From Tubiluchus corallicola (Eukaryota; Animalia; Priapulida): a DNA stretch of 64,000 nt. The stretch covers positions 1-64,000 of the forward strand of contig JAQGDQ010000819.1 in NCBI GenBank assembly GCA_030141605.1. The letters run 5' to 3'. Positions 19,982-31,500 of the stretch are shown in pieces; position 1 is the stretch's first letter; each line of letters begins with the position of its first letter. The position numbers and the translations under genes are program-made. The notes beneath the pieces were generated by a model. That model worked only from the letters and a program-made list of their open reading frames with translations, made no database searches and had not been told where the DNA came from.

Positions 19982-21094
19982 AATGTAAAGCAAGCACGAA
20001 GGTTCCACATGAAATGGACGGAGCTGCAGTGGAGAGAAAAGCTAAATACCCTATACGGGCGGCGCAAGTGAAGTGGAAGATCTTCGCATTTGCTGGAAGA
20101 AATCACCAGCAGTTTTCACTGTACATGTGTATTGGCGGCACGAGGTTGTAAAGATTGCATGCTCAAAATTGTCGAAAATTATTAAGAGAACGTTTAGTAG
20201 ATCCTGTCGAATGTTCGTTTATAGTCACAAGTTTCAAGGTTGTAAAGACTGCATGCTCAGAATTGTCGAAAATTATTAAGAGAATGTTTAGTAGCTCCTG
20301 CCTGAAGCTCTTGTCCAATATAGGGCTAATATAGGCTGCTGCCTTCCTGCCTCGCTGTGCCAAACTCAATATATATTTACTGCAGTAGCGAGTGTATGAT
20401 ATTCAGAAATTTCATGGAATTCATAGTGCAGTTTGCTACAGCACCTTATAAAACCACTCTGTTACAAAATCTTCCGCATTACATGTAGACATTTTCAAGC
20501 TCCATCTTCGGAATCAACTACTATGTTTGACATTCAGGGTTACTCAAAATCTAATGTTGCTCAAAGTCAATTTGACGCTTCGAGCCTCGCCGTCCTCTCC
20601 CTTGCTTCAAGCCTCGCCGTCTTCTCCCGTGCTGCGTACTACATCACCATGCTCTGCAGTGCCATGACAGCCTCGTACGATCTCGCCATATACCCCAAGG
20701 TGGCATTGCAAGGCAGTACACACAGTGAAGCGGCAGTCGCGGAATGCCAATCTTTCCCGCAGTGCAGGGGTATACGTCAGCGCGGCACACGGGTAGTCGA
20801 GCAAGCGCGAACGGCTCACATTTTGTTTCAAGGCTGCGCAGAACAAGTCATAGAAACTAGAAAAACTTATGATTATGAGCTAATGCGTGCTTGCACAGCA
20901 AAATCATCCATAAGTCGGCAATTAAGGTTTTCTAGTTATTCAAATACCCTGAATCTCATGAATTTCATTTTTAATACTAAGTTCATCACTATATAACTCA
21001 TCAATTTTGCCATATTTAACTTATGCCAATATCTTATGGGGCTCAACTTATCCATCTTATTTGTTAAAACTTCAAAGACTACAAAGAAAATTTC

Positions 21095-21133
<39 letters not shown>

Positions 21134-21229
21134 ATGTATAAGACTCATTTGAAGTTATTATCAAACTTTTTCAGTTAAACTTAATATATATATTTAATCC
21201 AGTTAAACTTAATATAAAATGGTATAACA

Positions 21230-21390
21230 CCAGGTACAACAAATTCACTATTAAATTTTCAAGAACTAATGTTGGTAAACACTTTATTTCCACTAGTGAC
21301 CCTATAACTTGGAATAAATTACCTGAATACATCAAAGCTTCTGTGTCAATTCATAAAGTAACGAAAAAATCTTAAATCACACATAGGCTG
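21230..21390 (+). mobile_element. L2/CR1-type LINE 3' remnant
   Basis: Translates RTNVGKHFISTSDPITWNKLPEYIKASVS, the W-N-x-L-P motif of CR1/L2 ORF2 ends. Confidence 0.5.
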
Positions 21391-22589
21391 AATGATCGCT
21401 CTGAATGTGTGGATGTATAACGTATATAACAACATTACTTCACAGCATGTACATGCAAATACTCACAACTGTCAGTTCATACCTATAAAACTATATAATA
21501 TAATTGGCAATCAGTTTTGCCTCTCTTTTTATTTTATTCTTATTTTGGCTATATTTATGCTTTGGAAATATTATCATGACTTAATCACCATCATAACATC
21601 ATCGCACTAACATGTGTCATTCATGTATTCCTCATCAACATGCTGAAATTCTACCTTTTACACTTTGTCCTCATTCTAGAAGAAAGTGTGTGTGTGAGCG
21701 AGTGAATGTGTGAGTGTGAATGAGTGTGTGAGAGAGAGAGATCATTTAATGCACTTCTGTTTTGTTTCTTGAATTTCAAATTTACCATTAACCTGGGCAG
21801 CATTCTACTTTGAAGCATCGTAACGCTGTTTTAACTATGCCGACTTATAGACGGTTTTGGTATGCAATACACATATTAAGATTTAACAAATTATAGATTA
21901 CCAATTATATAATTACTCTTAAAAATCAGAAGCCATGGCTACAGCTCTATTTCATAACACTAGAAAGCTAATAGAAGCGAAGTTCAGAACGCAAAAAATT
22001 AATGCATCCTTCCTCAGTAGTTTCACAGCGTCACTGAAAATCAGTATGGGAGATCAGTGATCACTGCTCGGACAGACTTAGTTTCAGTCTTTGAAGCGAC
22101 TACGACTTCGTAACTCAGGGACCTTCAGTTTAATTTGCACAGGGCGGTCAGTTTAGATCACATTATATTCCACAGTGGTCGATTAAATTCAACCCTTGCA
22201 GCTGTCAACAAAATCTAGCACTTCTAATGTTTGATCGCTTACACTATAATGATTCTAATTAGTTGATATTTTCTTATTTTCATAAATAAACCAAATTTTG
22301 GGTTTTTACATTTTTTGCATTTTTTTAAAGTGCTCTGCTTGCATTTCAGTGCCACGATGGACGCTCTAACACGATGAACACTTTTGTTTTTGACTGTGAT
22401 TCTGTAATGGTTTATTATCCTCTGATCCAAAATTTAATTCTCTGATAATTAAACATATAAATAGAAATCTTTTTCCGAAGTGAGTGAAACATGTGATCGA
22501 GCATTGTAACCCTAACTCTATGCAGGTCTGCATTCGGTAATTGTGGTATTTTTATTGTGGTCATTTCGAAGAGCAAAGAGAACCAGTGG

Positions 22590-24711
22590 TGTCTTGTCAA
22601 AAACCGGCTTAGCGTCAGACTTGAACTTCACTTCCAGTTCGAAGTCCTTAAGACACCCAGATTCTTCTTTGAAGAGATCTGGGAACTTGTCACACAGGTT
22701 GTGGTAATCTCATTGCAAGGAAGCATAAGACGTGCAAGAGGTCTCCAGATGTAACGTTTTACACCCTTGCTCTTGTCTTGACTCTCTATGCTTCTCAGTC
22801 CTAGAGCATTGTCCACAGAAATTCCCAGCTTCTGGATAGCATTTCGTCCAAGCAGGTTCAGGTCAGGGATCTTGGCGACGAGGTAAGAAACTGAGCTTTG
22901 TTTACCAGTCTTTGGATCCTTTGTATGGCCCATGAAAGTTTCCAGCACTGACAGGCCATGCTTGCTGGCAGACTCGTAGCGATGTCTGACGTCATCCAGC
23001 TTTGGCTTGCCTAGTTGTTTCCAGACCAGCACTGAAACGAAATTTCCCGAGGTTGCAGTGTCAAGTTCCATCTTGAACTGTTGGTCGTGGATGTTGACTT
23101 CGACATCCAAATTAGGAGAATCTTCGGGAACTTAGCCGAGGATTGCCTTGAAAAGCTCAGCCTTCGTGATTGTCCTCACGGACTTTCCAGATTTTTGGTC
23201 CCATTGCTGTCATTGCTTATTCATGCAAACAGCCTCCAAATGTCCTTTCTTGTCACAGAAATGGCACTTGGCATCTTTGTAGGGACAGTCAGTCACTTTG
23301 TGGGCCTTTCCACAATGGTAGCACTTTGTATCCGTGTCTGTGGAATGTGACTACTGATGGTTCTTTCGGTGACCCTTGTTCTGGTTCAGTTTGACTTTGT
23401 TGACGGGCCTGGTCTTGGAACCGTAGAATGTTTCCTTGGTTACCTTTGCCGCGTCTCGGTAGCAACTTGGATAGCACGGCCGAAAGTCAGATCTTCATCC
23501 TTGATTTTGAAGATAGCCTTCAAACCAGCTTCGTTGTTGATAGAACGTATGAATCTCTGCCTCAGAGCTTCATCTTCTGGGTCTTGGATTGAAGAAAAGT
23601 CACAGGTAGCAGCATCTTGGCATATGCGGGCTGCTAACTCCTGGTGAGTTTCGCCTGGCTTCCGTTGCATGTCAGTCCAGAACTTGAAACGTTCTCGCAC
23701 AATGAAGAGTTTCGGGTCAAACTGTTCTTTCATAAAGTGGACAATTTCGTCTATTGTCAGTTCGTTGATATCCTTGGATGGAGACTGTTGAGTCGCTAGA
23801 TTTGCCAGTTGTTTGTAGATGGCAGCAGTCTGATTTGTTAGGAAAATTTGAGCCTTGCGTAGGTCAGGCACTGCGTTGGCTGCCAAGAAGGTACAAAATG
23901 TTGACCAGTAGTCAGGCCACAGTTCAGAAGTTGGATCTAAAGCAGCAAATGGTGGAATGGCAGCTGTAAGTGCTGACGCAAGTGGAAAGTGGGTGCTTGA
24001 GCTGAAATTCTCTTCAGGAGTTCAAACCTGAAGCAGCCTCCTCATAGCGTCCATATCTTCTTTTTGTTGCTGTGCGTGCCGATCCATTTGTTCTCTCTGC
24101 TGATCCATCTGTTGGCTGAGGAGCTTGATAAGTTCGCCCATCTGCTCTGCCATCATTGCTTGAATAAACAACTGAGTTACCAAAGATCCTGTCGACTGCG
24201 CCAATATTTGTTGTGTTTTGTTTCTCTCGGAAGGCTCGTAGAGAAAACCAGAAAACACTTCATCAAATTAAACTAGTTTAATAAGCGAGAATTCTACAAC
24301 ACAAAAGTATGAAGGAACGCGAAATTTTTACAGTAAATGTGATAATCTGGAAAACGTTTAAGTGTATCTGAATATACAAGTATACAAGAGAATGTGTAGG
24401 CGTGCATCCATGTGAATCTGTGTGGGTGTCTGTCAGCTGCCAGCTTTGCCTTATATAGCGTGGTTATATAAGGGGACTGTCTTCTTGGTCAAGTGGTAAA
24501 GAGGTTCTGCCATAGTAGCCAGGTTTGGGATGAACTTCCCGTAGAACTGAACCAAGCCCAAGAAAGACTTCAAGCTTTGTCTTATATAGCGTGCCAGGGA
24601 ACATTCCAGAAGTTTCTTTTTAGAACATTCTACAAGGTAAGACGATTATTCTAATGGAACATTCTATAATGTTTTATTTAATTCTAATAGATGCCAGCGA
24701 TCTCCACAACA
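22590..24711 (-). mobile_element. Gypsy LTR retrotransposon (Mag clade), 5' LTR-gag-protease, truncated at the start of RT, frameshifted
   Basis: LTR 24711-24209 (TGTTGTG...CACAACA); PBS; gag VRERFKFWTDMQRKPGET; twin zinc knuckles CYHCGKAHKVTDC and CHFCDKKGHLEAVC; protease MELDTATSGNFVS...LLGRNAIQKLG; RT start KFPDLFKEE.GCLKDFELEVKFKSDAKPVF. Confidence 0.92.
24185..24203 (-). promoter_or_regulatory. Primer-binding site, tRNA-Ser-like
   Basis: TGGCGCAGTCGACAGGATC, 5 nt after the LTR end; near-complementary to the tRNA-Ser 3' end ...ATCCTGCCGACT(A/G)CGCCA as recalled. Confidence 0.7.
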
Positions 24712-24960
24712 GTTTCTATGACTTTTTTTTATTATAGCTGCATTATTGTACATTGGGCTGATAACATTTTTATGTACCATTTGAACAATAACATTAGTCA
24801 AAACTTCAGCAATAAAATTTAATCCTAAATAACTGTTGTCTCTCCTTGCATTTTTCAAAGCCAGCAAAAAACCAGAGCATGCAAAAATTGTGGAGGTAGT
24901 ACAAACTTGCCCAACTTCATTCATTTGAGTGACTTTTTTAATATACATATAAGATGATTA

Positions 24961-26378
24961 GGAAGTGCACCATGCAAAGCTGCATAAAATTTTGGAACTC
25001 TCTCTCTTTGTAGAGTGCCACGAACCACCCTTCTAATGACAAATACCAAAATCTCCCCTCCCTCTCCCACTCCTACTCCATCTCCATTTCCATATATACT
25101 ACTGAATGACACATACCCCTTTCTACCACTCTGCTAATCTTGCCACACTGCCAAACCTGCCAAATGTCAAGAATGCCGTGGTGCCAAGAGTACCAATCCG
25201 CCAAGAATACCAAGCTGCCCAACTGCATCAAGGTTACTGTTTTTGAAACTGTATAGCGAAGTAGCTTCGTAGCTGAGCAGCTGCATAGCTGGCAAACACA
25301 GTGATTCAGTGGACGTCTGTATGAGTATGACTAATGTACTAACTCACATTAATAGATTGATTGACAGACAGACAGACAAATTGGCTACACCCAGAATATA
25401 TTTATACTAATATACTCGAAAGCAGCATTTTTTAATTTCTAAGAGTCAGTCACAAGCTGCAATAACACTCAGTCCAACAAATGTCTGGGTAGATTGTGGA
25501 TGGTAATTATAATAGGAAATAAGCAACCTGACAGCCATGCAAAAGCAGTGGCCAATCAAGAACACAGGCTCCCTGATTTCTCAACGCTGTAATCCAGGGT
25601 TGCCGTATTAAATTAATTTTTCGTTTTCAGGCAGCGAATGGGATGCTGTGGAACGGTTTCTGAGTCCGCCATGTTTTTGATTGCCGTTCAACTCTCAGGC
25701 TTCGAGTTACATTAAAATTTTTTGAGGTAGATGGGCATAGGTGGAGTTTTAAACACTTTTGATTGTTTAGTCAGTGTTTTACATGCCAATCACATTTCGC
25801 GTTTAGATCGCACAAAATTGCTAAACTTTCAGTATAATTGAAAATAAAACGTTTGCCAACTGCCACGTTATCAAATGCTGTGCATACTTAGTTACAGTAG
25901 ATTTCACGTGTTTGTACAGGAGAAGTTATCAATTGAGTGTGATAAAATGTGGCACGATCTTCACATTGCACTCCGCATTTGCAACACACGGTATATCATA
26001 AACTAAGCTATAAGTCAGAAATACAAAAAAATTATATTCTATTGATTAAGTTTGTTCTCTTAGGGGCTTGAAGCTCCCAGCGTTCTTAATTGGCAGCTTG
26101 GCATCTTTGACAGCTTGACATTCTCGGCATTCTTGGCTGTTTGACATTTTTGGCGGCTGGGCGTTCTTGGCAGCCTGGCATTTTTGGCGGCTTGGTGTTC
26201 CTGGCAGCTTGTCACTTTTGTCAGTTTGGCTAGGATGGATTGTAGAAAGGCGGGAAGGAAAGCATTGTAAGGAAGGATGGGGTGGTTTCAGTATTTGTCA
26301 TTAGGAGCGGGACTTGAATGTCATCTGCGGCACTATAGAGAGAGTTTCAAAATTTCGTGCGGCTTTGCATGGTGCACC
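24961..26378. mobile_element. Non-autonomous Mutator/foldback-like element with long TIRs
   Basis: About 270-bp imperfect inverted arms (GTGCACCATGCAAAGC... / ...GCTTTGCATGGTGCAC) with GCCAAGAAT-type subrepeats; exact 9-bp TSD AGATGATTA at 24952 and 26379. Confidence 0.8.
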
Positions 26379-28452
26379 AGATGATTATAGCGAAGTTGCG
26401 AGAAAATGCCGTCATTACAGTAGTACAGGCAGGCAGGGGGATTTCTTATATTGCTTACTTCTCCGTGAGAAGAATGAAAATGACATGTGTATTCTGTATT
26501 GGAAGAGCAATTAGCTGCAACTGCAAGTATTTTTATTTAAAAAATAATAAGCACTGCTGTTTTAGAAATTTTCATATACAGCTGACGTTTCTTTTCCTAT
26601 AAGTTGTGCTAATAGAAGGCGCGTATTGTTCACCAGTACCTTGTCTTTATCCGAGAATACCAGGCTAAGGGAGCCTTGTCCAAAGAAAAATTGGGCCTAG
26701 ATGGTAACTATCTCTCAAAATCTTTTGAAATTATCATCCGATGAAGGGTGTCGTCGTGTGCAGCGCATCCTGAAGTAATGATCGCCAGCGGACGCTACAC
26801 ATGCGCGAGTTTAAATACTTCCCATCATTTTAACGTTTCCCGGTGAGCGGCTGAGTGCGCCATATCGCGCATGGCCAGAATAACTGCTTACCTGTCATTT
26901 TAATTATTGCTGCTATTCGCTTCTAGTCTTGATACGTTATGTCATTTGATATTGTCACACTGATACTATTTCCGGATCGTATCGTTAGCGCCACCCCTAC
27001 TACTAGAAAACTTAAAATAAATAAAGTATTCAGAGAAGATTGGAGGGATAAAAAGTGGCCATATATGCTTAACCCCTATCCATGCTGTGAGATTTAATTA
27101 TGCCAACTTATGGACGATTTTGGTTTGCAAGCACACATATATTGGTATTTGTCATGTTATAAGTAAAACAAGGTCTAGCCGTATTGACTGATGTTGACCT
27201 AAAATGGTGTTACTAACCCAAGTCAAAGCTATATGCTTGTGTTTGCCCCATCTATTACAAAATCTCAACTGTTACTATTACATATAAGTTGTACTTATAA
27301 AGTTGAAATTATTTTTGTACACAAAACACAATGCACTTAAATCATCGTTAGAGTAATTATACATCATTACAACGTACATGGTCAGAAATATGAGATAAGT
27401 GTGACGGGAACACAAAAGAATTTCCTTCATAGCATATGGTGTTCTCAGAAATCTTTATTTCTGTATATAAAAAATGAAAATAATAAATTTGACTGCTTTC
27501 ACTGCTTACAAATGTATACTGATCTAATTATTATAATTTAAGACAATAAAAGTAAATATTACTCACATCGTGCGGCTATAACAACGTAATACATCCTTGG
27601 AACGTCATACTGGTTTACAGCAAATCAGGTAAAGACGCTACAAATAATTACTTGTAAATTTATCTAAGCATTATTTAGCATTTACTGAGGCTTCTGTAAG
27701 CGTGTTTAGTGAGGCTCAACCTAATTTACAACTTCACAGGTAAAATTACAGGTACGTTCACATAGGTGCTGCCACCTACATGTTAAAGCCAGAAACTGAC
27801 CTTAACTAAGTATTCAACAATATTCAGAAGTGTGGTGATTGGTAATTTTGAGGTTAATTATCTTTGTAAATTGATTACTCTTGCCATGACTGCATATACA
27901 TTATGCGAAAGTCATTTTGAAGTTGTTGTTCACTCACTTTGTTATGATTGAGTTTAGTCACAGAAGTATGAATAGGAATAAAAAATCTATAATACATATT
28001 TGCACTGCACACAACAGAAAAGTGTTTATTAAAACTACAGACACATGAGTAGCACCACTGCTGCACTGAACACTGAGAGTTAGAGTGACTAGAAAGCAAA
28101 AACAGCCAGTATATATAGGTATAGGACTTGACCTATGCAGACTTGCACAGGCTTTACCATTATTTTTAAATAGGGAGAGGACCAGTGTGTATGCATTCAC
28201 TGGACCATACAATTGTAGTGAAGGTAAGTCAGCTGGTAGAATGTAACAGGATTAGCCCGTAGATGGCAGCACCTAATTATAATGTACAATTCCAACTTCC
28301 ACACATTACTAAATATTTCGCACGTGCCATTTTGACAACAGCAAATGCTTTTCTTATTTGTATTGTGTCGACTAAGTGTGAGTAATGTTTGCGATGACTG
28401 TAAGTCTTAAGCTTGTTTGACTTAAACGATATGCTTGCTTTGTTTAGAAGTC

Positions 28453-28545
28453 ATGCCAGATTCGGAAGAACCAGGAGGAGTGCAATTGCGCAATGAAGCA
28501 GCCCAGTGGACACGTTACATTGTTGACAGGAATGCATTCACTCAA
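28453..28545 (+). CDS. SLC26: SLC26 paralog 1 coding exon 1
   Basis: [31 protein letters not shown]|gtacgt; homologous to 48022-48117. Confidence 0.85.
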
Positions 28546-31500
28546 GTACGTTAACCCGAGAGAGAGAAATCGTAATTTGAGATAATTATGAAATTCACAG
28601 AGCTTTAGCACTACCTTCTTGCCTTTTTTATTTACATTTGTACCATTCTGAACAACACCATTGTTTTGATATATCTGAAATTGTCATAGGCCTGCTTTCA
28701 CTTGACAATGATTTTTACTGTAGAGCAGGGGTGTGCAAATTATCTGACTGGCTGGGTTGCATTAAACTTTCCGTTAATTCCTGCAGGCCACAGGCAGTTT
28801 GATCAAGGAGCCAAGTACAGAAGGGCCTAATAACGATTTTTTTGCATCCGACCTGCGCACATCATTACTACTGCACTCAAGAAACTATTTTAGAAGTTAT
28901 TAGAATTTATATTACAAACCATATATTTCTACTTTCAGGACAGATAGTGGTAATTTCTTTACAATGCATATTGGTAATGTGTATCACACGATCTGTGTAG
29001 TACATTGACATTAAGCTACAACCGTCTTGTAAGGCTTAATGGCATCCGATCTAGTAGAAAAAACTACCCGCACTATCTTTGGGATCGTGGCACAGACTTC
29101 AGCTGGATACACTCAACTAATCGCCCGGGCCGCACTTTCATTAGGCTGACAAATCTCTTCGCGGGCCGCACAAATTCTCTCGGCGGGCCGCAATTTGCAC
29201 ACCACTGTCGTATAGAAAAACATCACGATTTTTTTTATAGAATAACTGCTCATGATTTAAAGTATGCATTTTATTCTTGCCTAAAAAATGGCCCAAGTGT
29301 TTCATCTTTTTAGCTAAACTGATGTTTTTCATCGCATTAGTTCGTGATGTTAACGATGACATCATTGTTGGGTTAAATTTTCTAACAGGAACCCTGGCAG
29401 CACAACCCTGCTATGTCCCTTGAAAGTCAAAATCAAAAACTTTAGGTTCACAAATTTAAATTTCAGATTCTTTGTTTTTTCTGACTGATGTTTTCATGAG
29501 ACAATCTTGGTATTTTTTGCTTGGATTGTGTTGTTTTGCTTTAACCCTTTCATACCCGTTTTATCCCGTGGGATACGAGAATATTTTCTGCCTTTAAAAT
29601 TAATAAAATTTTAAAACTGGCAGTTATTTGGTCTGTTAATAGTTATTTTGATTTAAGCCATTGAGATAAGACTAAAAATAATGATAAAATGGCAAACTAG
29701 AAAATCTACATAGCATAAAAAACTGCGCAAGGTACAGTACTTTAGAGACGACTTTGTACAGATCAGCATAGCGTGCATACTAAATGTCTTAAATACTTTA
29801 AAAAATTATCAGCAATTGCAAAATGAAGCGCATTTTATGCTTCCATTGAATCCCAATGTATCCCGTGGGACACAGGCTATATTTAGCACGCGGGCACAGG
29901 TAGGAAGAAATAATTATTATGTGTAAACAAGATGGACATACTGAACAAAAGTACCAAGCCAAAATTTTTTTCCTATTAAAAAATTATTTGGGACTGAAAG
30001 GGTTAATGCTAATAATGTACATTTTTTGCACAATGCATATTTTGGAGGCAGGCATTATTACCCTTCCAAATGGCAGAGTCTGTGAGTGAGTGAGTTTGAA
30101 GCACTAGAGAAATTTAGCTTTTGTTGTAATTATTCTCAATCCAGATCATTCTCTAAAACCCAGTATTTCTGTCTGACATATTTTAGCTATAGGCCATTTT
30201 GAGTGATTTGAACTGCATGCTAAAATTTTTTATTGTTTTCGTTTATGTAAACTTACCTTGCAAAGGTCATCCCCTTCTATTTGCCCCGCATATTTCCCTC
30301 CAGATTTTCTTGCTGGGTTGTGTGATTTTCAAATACCGAAGCCCAAATAGCTGCGTACTTATGGAAGTTATGTGTGACATCTCTGTCGATACTTGTTTAG
30401 GCAAGTCTGCAGGTCCAGTCATTAACTAATATCTCGGCTGTTAATGTTCTATACTCCTTGCTAACGGACCATGTGTGATGACCCTGATGTTGTATTTCCT
30501 ATAGGGGAATCAAAGAGGGGCATGCTGCGTTAGTTTTACATCTCATAACGGAATGGAGCTAGTATGATAGTCATTAGATGTATGGATGTAGATCGGCCTA
30601 ACGCTGATGTTAAAAATACGGGGGACTATGGCCTATTTGTACTCTATGCACTAATGGTTCTAAAGAAAAAGAAATATCAAATGGCAGACATTAAAATAAT
30701 TAATCAAACAACTTAATCATCAACAAATTCCAAAGTGATTCGATTTAAGCAAAAGTTCAGTAATAACAAAGATATAGCAATATTGACAAAGCTTGGGGTT
30801 AGTAGGGTATATACGTTTGCATAAAGTTCATGTCTGCCCACTATGTACCTAGGTTTTTTTTGGAACACTTTTCCTTTAAAGCGAACAGTTTGTAGAACGG
30901 TAGCAATACGTCGTAATATAACCTCTGCATCTGAAAACAGTTGTGATTCCAAACTTCGTCAGAGAAACTACCAATTGGTCTTGACCCAGCAAGTAGCATC
31001 GAAGAACATTAGGCTAGTATACGTGATGTTTGCGTTATCGGTGCGACGTTAGTTACACTCGTAACAAAAGCGAGAAGTACCTGTTACCACCCTGGGTGCG
31101 GTTCTGTAGTAGGTCGATCCATCTGTCAGTCAGTGGCTAACTCCACTACTGCAGACTGCAGGCCAGCATCTCTGGGACAACTCTGATTGACGACTACAAC
31201 TTTCACCAACTAGGCTGTCACAGTATCACCATGTACATTACACATCATATCTTGTGTGAAACTTTCTAGTACGGCATTTCTCTTCAAAAACATATAACTT
31301 CACAGAAAACGAGTAAACGACCTGTCTCGTTCTGTGTCAAGTTGCCGTCTATATCTAAACTGTGTAGAACGAAGTTCATCGAGAAGCCACTCACTTAAAT
31401 GCTATAATTTTACTCACCTGCGTACTGTCGTTAACCTTGATTTAGACACTGAATTATAGCCGCCACAGGGCAGACAAGAGTAAGTCCGACAAAATTCAAA

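Noticed and set aside
19427-20106. Several overlapping repeat ORFs
   Set aside because: 30-bp array open in several frames on both strands; no non-repetitive domain
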